A program made the translations under genes and the position numbers. Of a stretch of 64,000 nt of DNA, positions 57,986 through 64,000 are shown in pieces (the stretch's first letter is position 1; every line of letters starts with the position of its first letter). The DNA lies in NCBI RefSeq assembly GCF_009914755.1, contig NC_060928.1. One strand, written 5' to 3'. The notes under the pieces are model-generated. The model saw nothing but the letters and a program-made list of their open reading frames with translations, searched no databases and was not told the origin of the DNA. The stretch is from the human T2T-CHM13v2.0 reference genome, Homo sapiens.

Positions 57986-60916
57986 GCCATCAGTACGAGC
58001 AGAATGGGGCATAACCTTTCATTCCTCACATAACATCTCCACATGATCCTCCTGCCCCATTAAGAAGACGGCCCAAACCAAGTACCTCAAATCCAGTGTC
58101 CCAAGAACTGTTTTTAGTGTTTGAGGTTGTGTACCTGTCTTTACTTGTTCCCAAATTATTCTAATTCTAATCCTTTCAGGTCTCATTTTGATCTTCCCAG
58201 CTCTGATCTCCCAACTCTGTGACCCCAAGCTTGATCACTAACTATAGATTTATGGCTTTGAATTGATCTCTCTCTCTCTCTCTCTGCACAGTTTGTCTCC
58301 TGTGTGTCTGTCTCTGGGAGAAACCCTCTGCTCTAGCCATGTGAAAATAAATTCTGAACCAGGCCTTCTGACTCTGTCCTCATCCCTCCCTCACCATCTC
58401 CTAAACCCTTCGAAGAGGAAGCCATCTTTTTCTTTTCCACATACAGAGCCTTTTATCTGTACATCTATTATGAAATTTAATACTTTCTACTATATATTAA
58501 ATATAGTTATTTATGTAGTTGTTGTAACCTCAATTGTTTCATCTTTACTTAATATCTTTCAAAGCATGGAATACAGAGCTTTGCTCTCAAGAAAGTATAT
58601 TTTCCGAAGTGTCCCGATTGATTGAAATATCTGTTAAGTTTAAGTGAAAGGGTTGGTTCTGCTACAGTTTATTTCAGTTATCAGTATAGCACGCACTGAT
58701 GCCTGAGTTACTGCTGGAAAATACTACCTTCCTGTCTTCTTAAGGCATTGCAAAAGGTATGGGGAAAGATCCTGAATTTGCCCCAATTTTTAAACAAACC
58801 AGAGAAACAGTAAAGCATTTAAATGACTTATTAATGTTAACCTATTTATATCTACATATTTGTTAGCCTGTGAGTAAATGGAACTTCGGATCTTTGCAAA
58901 AGAACTGCCGGGTTGTAAAAAGGATTGGAAAGTCAGGCTCACTTAGTAGTGTGCAGAGAAACAGACTCTATGCCTGGAGCAAAAAATCCCAGCATCCCCT
59001 CCACCTCTACGGTGTGATTTCTTAATGCTGTACTTGGCTCGACAAAGGAAGTCTGATATTTCAGAGGTGAGTTGCAAAGTGGCCAAACCACTCTTTAATG
59101 CACTATAGCTTGACATAATATTTGCTGCCAGCTTCTCGTTTAAAAATGCCATCAGTTTAACATTAACTGAAAAAGTAATTATTCTCCAGTTTCACGGAGC
59201 TATTAAGAAAAAAAAAGTTCATTGAAACTCCAGGAAATGAAATACTGTGCTTTCAGGACCTATTGGAAGCCTTTCAACATTCAGAGCAGAAAAACATAAA
59301 TTTATTTTTTAAGAAGCAGATTTAGGAACTTTAGTGAATGGGAACAGAAAGCATTAACTTAAGCCTCAGGGGAGATAACGATTCAACAAAATTCTGAAAA
59401 CCCTCCTTAGATCAAACTCTCACATATTCTGAAAACTCAGTACCATTTATTGTTACAAGATCCTTGATGATTTAGAAACATGTACCCACACATGTTAAGT
59501 CCTCTGTACTAAATCAAAGAAACTTCAAATTAGCTTGAACTTTGAAATGCTGTAAGTTACATGAATGATGATTCATTTCTTTATATTCAGTCACCAAATG
59601 TTATTGAGCCGATGATAAGCTTGAAGACGTTAAAGGCTTTGGGGTACAGAAGAGAGATACTAAAGTAACAGCCTGCACATGAGATCTTGACCTGTAATGA
59701 AGTGCCAATTTAGTTGTAAAGACAGAACATGTCATCTATAACATCTGAGGAAAATCTTGCTGTGTATGCGGCATAACCTCAGTTTATAAAAATTTGAGAG
59801 GAAATCACAAGAATGGAGAGGTTTTGCAAGGTTATGGAGTTTGTACACCATTTTTTTAGAACATGAGGTCTAAAATCAGATGCAAATGTGGGCTCCACAT
59901 CCTATTTTTTAGGTAACTTTGAACAAGTCACCTCTTTGAACCTCAGTGAAATGCAGCTGAAAATTCTTTGAAAACTGTAAAGATTATTTATTATTCAGAG
60001 ATGATTTCTGTGGGTATAAGCAGAAAACACTACTTTTTGAATGAATTACAAACATAAAACCATGACTTTAATGCTAACATTTTTTGAAATTTTTATAAAA
60101 CTTTCTAATTCACGTTCCCCTACTGTTCCAAAGTCAGTAATTTTAAGATACATGATTTAAAAAGGAAAAAAAAAAACCTAACTGTCAAGAAATATCGCTA
60201 ACTAGATTGATCATGTTATTTCCTTATTTTTATAATTGAAAAAACCCAAAACTTTAATACTAATTTCTGGTTGCTTAAAAACAAATTAAATATAAAACTG
60301 TGTGGCTGTCATAGATGATGATATTTTAATCTATTGAAAATTATTACAGTAGAAAATTTTTAAAGTCTAGGAAGCAATAATCAGCACCAAAATATTGTTT
60401 TTGCTGTTGTATGCACAGCTTTAGTTTCCATTTTATGAATAAATACATAAAAATATAGGGTAAAAATATATGTATTTAATAGGATTCTTACAACTTTCTA
60501 TTAGCACAATGAGTGCAGAGCATTTGTGAATAACATAGAACTAGGGTCTCCCCTACAGCTTTTGAGTTAAGTCTTTTTCTAACAACTGCTATTTATTCAG
60601 AGAGGATGCGAAGTAACAGGTCTAAACATTACATTGGCAAAGGAGTACCTTTAAATTGTATGTGGCACAAGCTAAATCTGGGAAAGGAAATGAAACACAA
60701 ATGAAAGGGCAACTTCTTCTGGAAACCTCCCTTCCTTTGTGGTATTTTTGTCCTTCCTCCATTCCATGAATCCTATTAAGAAAAAAATTTCTCTTTTGCC
60801 TTCTAATTCCCAAATCTTTACTGCTTTTCTTTAACAAGGCTTCCAAGAAGAATCGGAAGGTGAAGGAAGGGATGGCCATAAAGAAGACTGTTCTTTAGAT
60901 GAGATTTTTGTCATAT

Positions 60917-61680
<764 letters not shown>

Positions 61681-63731
61681 GGCCTCCCTTTCTATTTATC
61701 AATTCCTCAATCATGGGGAACCTGGTTGTTGATCTTCCTGGCTGCTTCCTGCTGAGGAGGGGTGTCATGGGCAGCTCCATACCATGGGTGACCACATGGC
61801 CACTCAGGAATCAAAGGTTAATCTCATATTAGAGTTTTGTTCTGAAACACAGTATTTCTCTCTCCAGCCCCCCCACATCCCCCAGAGACAAATTGTTACT
61901 GAAACACCAGTGATTTGGTCTGGGTCCTGCTGCTCCCCAGACAGAAAGCCAATCGCTGAGACAACAGTGTTGCCAAGGAAGAAGGCTTTAATTTGGTGAT
62001 GCAGCAGGGGTTAATATAGCAGGAAAGAATGTAACAATGTGTAAGAAAACAGGAACTCGGGAGGGGCAAGGAAGTGATCCTGGTGAATGAGGGGTATGGC
62101 ATCTGGTGTGGTGATCTGGGTTCTTTGATGCTTTTTGTAAGAGGCCTGAAGGTCATTTCTTGAGGAAGGAATTCAGATAAAACCAATGTAAGGTTCAAGC
62201 CTTAACAGCAGAAGGGCCCATTTCTATGTTTATCCAGAAGCAACTGTCTATGGGACTCTTGGGGATGGTTTCAAAATCACAGCAGGACCAATCTACCTGC
62301 AAAATAAGCTTCAGTCCCATATACTAGCCTGATTACTCACACAGAATGCAACAAGATCATTGTCTACATAGGCATTCCTAGACTTGCTTTGCTGGAGCCT
62401 CTGACAAGGTCATTTCAGTCAAAGCCCTGGGAAATAACCAGTTCCTCCAACCGGGCGGGGTCGGGGGGTCCATTATAAAAGAAAACATGTTGTTATTATG
62501 CAAACAAACACATTGCCATGAGTTAAGAATATTCACAAATAGTTTACAAATTATGAAGAAATTGAGCAGAGAGAGAAATAGGCCTCAATTTCTGTTTATA
62601 AAAGTATACTCTATTCGGTACACTTAAAGCATACTTAAAGCCTGTAAATATCTCAAAAGGAAAAAATTATTCAGACTCTGAAAAACAAAACAAAAACAAA
62701 CAGCAATATTTCAAACATAAAAATCATAAAAGATTATCTCAGTCCTTATTAGTTCAGTCTATGCAATCAGCTCCTGTTCTGCTTCATATTGGATTAGTGG
62801 CAATCTTTATACAACAGCCTTTCAATTAGGGGCCTAGAAGTTTTCTCTCTAATCCAATGGCACAATCTCCAAAGTTACCAGAAACTTCCATTCAAGAGTC
62901 CTTTTTATGAACTCTTCCAAAGAAGCAATGTTTGGACTGTGGCTGATTGTAAGTCACTTTTTGAGAAGGATCAAAGCAAAACAACAATTGTGGATAACAA
63001 AAAGTCTTGAGACAGCCATAGTTAGAGACACAGTTGACAAGAAAATTTGGTTATTTCTGTGGCATACAACAACTTAATAATTATAATTATTACTGACAAC
63101 ATATATTTAAAAATACCAGAATTTTAAGAATCTCATACAATCCTGGAACACATATTATCACCACATTTATATAAATATAACCCAAAGGAAGATAAACACC
63201 ACCTCAGATTTGACAATGCTTCCTGCATAATTCTAACACAATGAATAAGCCTATTATGTCTGTCTTGCATGTCAGGGAACCTAATATCTAGAAAAGTTAG
63301 TTTGAGGACAAAAAGACTGAATTCAGAACTTGAAATTTTACTCCTAGAAAGTTTACCAAATATCAAAGTTTTAAGACACTTAATATCACAAAATAGGATC
63401 ACAAGTCACTATAAAATAGTCCTTCATTTAGCCAAAGTGATAAATCAAAAACATTTACGTTTTGATAGAGACTCTGTTTCCCAAACAAAGACCTAATAAA
63501 GACAGCATGAGGCCAACTGAATCTGTCTCTCCCCACTCCCTTTTCTCTCTGCAATTTACTCAAAAAGTAAACAAAATCTTTTATCTCTCAATATTACATA
63601 TTTTGTTTAAAAAAACCAAAATTTTCCTTTGAATGGCATGGTATTAATGTTAAAGCTAATTTTAATAAAATATTATAAACAAATCTATCTAATTTAACCA
63701 CTTTGACTATAAGGTACAGATTTCTGTAAAC
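61681..63731 (-). mobile_element. ERV1 MER4-group-like internal sequence split by a solo LTR
   Basis: AGACAAAT | CACAGCAGGACCAATCTACCTGCAAAATAAGCTTCAGTCCCATATACT...CAGTCAAAGCCCTGGGAAATAACCAG matches recalled MER4-group internal sequence. Confidence 0.75.
61894..62273 (-). mobile_element. Second LTR47-like LTR, solo, about 60 bp deleted
   Basis: TGTTACTGAAACACCAG...TGGTTTCA, homologous to 60917-61680, flanked by AAAT on both sides. Confidence 0.88.
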
Positions 63732-64000
63732 TTTTTTTTTTTTTTTTGAGACAGAGTCTCACTCTGTCACCCAGGCTGGAGTGCAATGGCACCATCTCAG
63801 CTCACTGCAACCTCCACCGCCCGGGATCAAGCAATTCTCTGCCTCAGCCTCCCGAGTACCTGGGACTACAAGCACCCGCCACCATGCCCGGCTAATTTTT
63901 ATATTTTTGGTAGAGACGGGGTTTCACCATCTTGGCCAGGCTGGTCTTGAACTCCTAACCTCGTGATCCACCAGCCTCGGCCTCCCAAAGTGGTGGGACT
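63732..64000 (-). mobile_element. AluS running off the window end
   Basis: Poly(T) then GAGACAGAGTCTCACTCTG...CCTCCCAAAGTG. Confidence 0.96.

Noticed and set aside
59040-59072. Strong donor GAG/GTGAGT at 59066
   Set aside because: No convincing paired acceptor, and isolated consensus donors are expected by chance in 64 kb.

Overview
Hominoid (human or great-ape) non-coding genomic DNA, judged from AluY/AluS, L1PA, THE1B and LTR12C elements. No protein-coding exon, RNA gene, CRISPR array or prokaryotic system could be recognised; the long ORFs come from transposons or simple repeats. Much of the window is interspersed repeats, named from remembered consensus sequences rather than a database search, so subfamily calls are provisional. 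Highlights: (1) a solo LTR12C/ERV9 LTR (17036-18362) inserted inside a GC-rich 41/33-bp minisatellite with palindromic units, within a CpG island, with a plausible LTR-driven spliced non-coding transcript; (2) an LTR47-like solo LTR inserted into the internal region of a provirus with the same LTR type (AAAT target duplication); (3) a young AluY with three AluYa5-type diagnostics that re-used the endonuclease site of an older AluSc; (4) three-layer nesting of L1PA16-like > L1PA7-like > Alu, the Alu having a fold-back 3' end; (5) a repeat-free SOX-motif cluster near 52.2 kb that may be an enhancer. I found no evidence for a wholly new biological system.
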